7,587 nucleotides of DNA from NCBI GenBank assembly GCA_000004985.1, contig GG739128.1. One strand, 5' to 3'. The stretch is from Naegleria gruberi. Lineage: Eukaryota. The notes below the pieces were generated by a model. It did no database searches and had not been told where the DNA came from. It worked only from the letters and a program-made list of their open reading frames with translations. Below are positions 7,543 through 7,587 of this stretch, in pieces; within the stretch, counting starts at the first letter, position 1, and each line of letters starts with the position of its first letter. The position numbers were made by a program, and so were the translations under genes.

Positions 7543-7587
7543 GAAGTTGTAAAATTATGCCAAAAGTGAATATTGACATGTCAAGTA
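7543..7587 (+). CDS. PLC exon 3, continuing the EF-hand and running off the window. As written, frame 0 reads EVVKLCQK then TGA at 7567..7569. Homology continues in frame +2 (VNIDMSS), which implies a 1-nt frameshift at 7562..7566.
   Basis: PLC-delta1 has ...KEVKDFLKELNVQVDDSY. The window gives EVVKLCQK in frame 0 and VNIDMSS in frame +2. Inserting one A into the A4 run (caaaag to caaaaag) yields ...LCQKVNIDMSS. Confidence 0.5.

Noticed and set aside
6606-7569. Alternative nuclear genetic code of the ciliate type, which would make the in-frame TAG at 6606 and the TGA at 7567 sense codons.
   Set aside because: All ~20 Gln codons in the three coding segments are CAA/CAG, and no in-frame TAA/TAG occurs inside the homologous coding sequence. 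Intron read-through hits TAG and TAA immediately, as expected for stops. Reading TGA as sense does not restore homology downstream, whereas a +1-nt correction does.
1-7587. Prokaryotic-style content: defence islands, CRISPR arrays, operons, RBS-led genes, integrase or tRNA-flanked mobile elements.
   Set aside because: The visible sequence is clearly eukaryotic, with spliceosomal introns inside a PLC-delta gene and A-rich ATG contexts. No direct-repeat arrays, no tRNA-like structures and no inverted terminal repeats are visible. Anything in the N-run is unknowable.

Overview
About 69% of this window (1362..6563, 5202 nt) is an N-run, so only ~2.4 kb of real sequence in two pieces can be read. 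I see no evidence for a novel biological system in the visible sequence; anything of that kind would have to lie inside the N-run. The visible sequence is eukaryotic. It is AT-rich (intergenic ~25-30% GC) and has short spliceosomal introns with GTATGT/GTAAGT donors and AG acceptors. The coding sequence contains low-complexity S/T/N-rich tracts encoded by trinucleotide repeats. This profile fits a dictyostelid-like or other AT-rich lower eukaryote; the taxon guess is inference only.

The one confident gene is on the right flank. It encodes the N-terminus of a phosphoinositide-specific phospholipase C of the delta type. A PH domain is followed by the first EF-hand, with recognisable motifs such as GYTIIYG...IDIMC and MKADVNNDGQLDYKEVVKLCQK. 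These are spread over three exons: 6615..7041, 7164..7480 and 7543..end. Exon 3 as written hits an in-frame TGA after ...KLCQK, while homology continues in the +2 frame (VNIDMSS). This fits a 1-nt loss in an A4 homopolymer at 7562..7565, which is either a sequencing error or a genuine frameshift.

On the left flank, a + strand ORF starts at ATG 1064 and runs open for 99 codons into the N-run. It carries a Cys-x2-Cys...Cys-Cys-x2-Cys zinc-ribbon-like motif. A small minus-strand ORF (269..33) is a weaker candidate gene, divergently oriented to it.

No RNA genes, CRISPR arrays, mobile-element termini or prokaryotic features are visible. The giant X-filled ORFs in the supplied track are artefacts of translating N.
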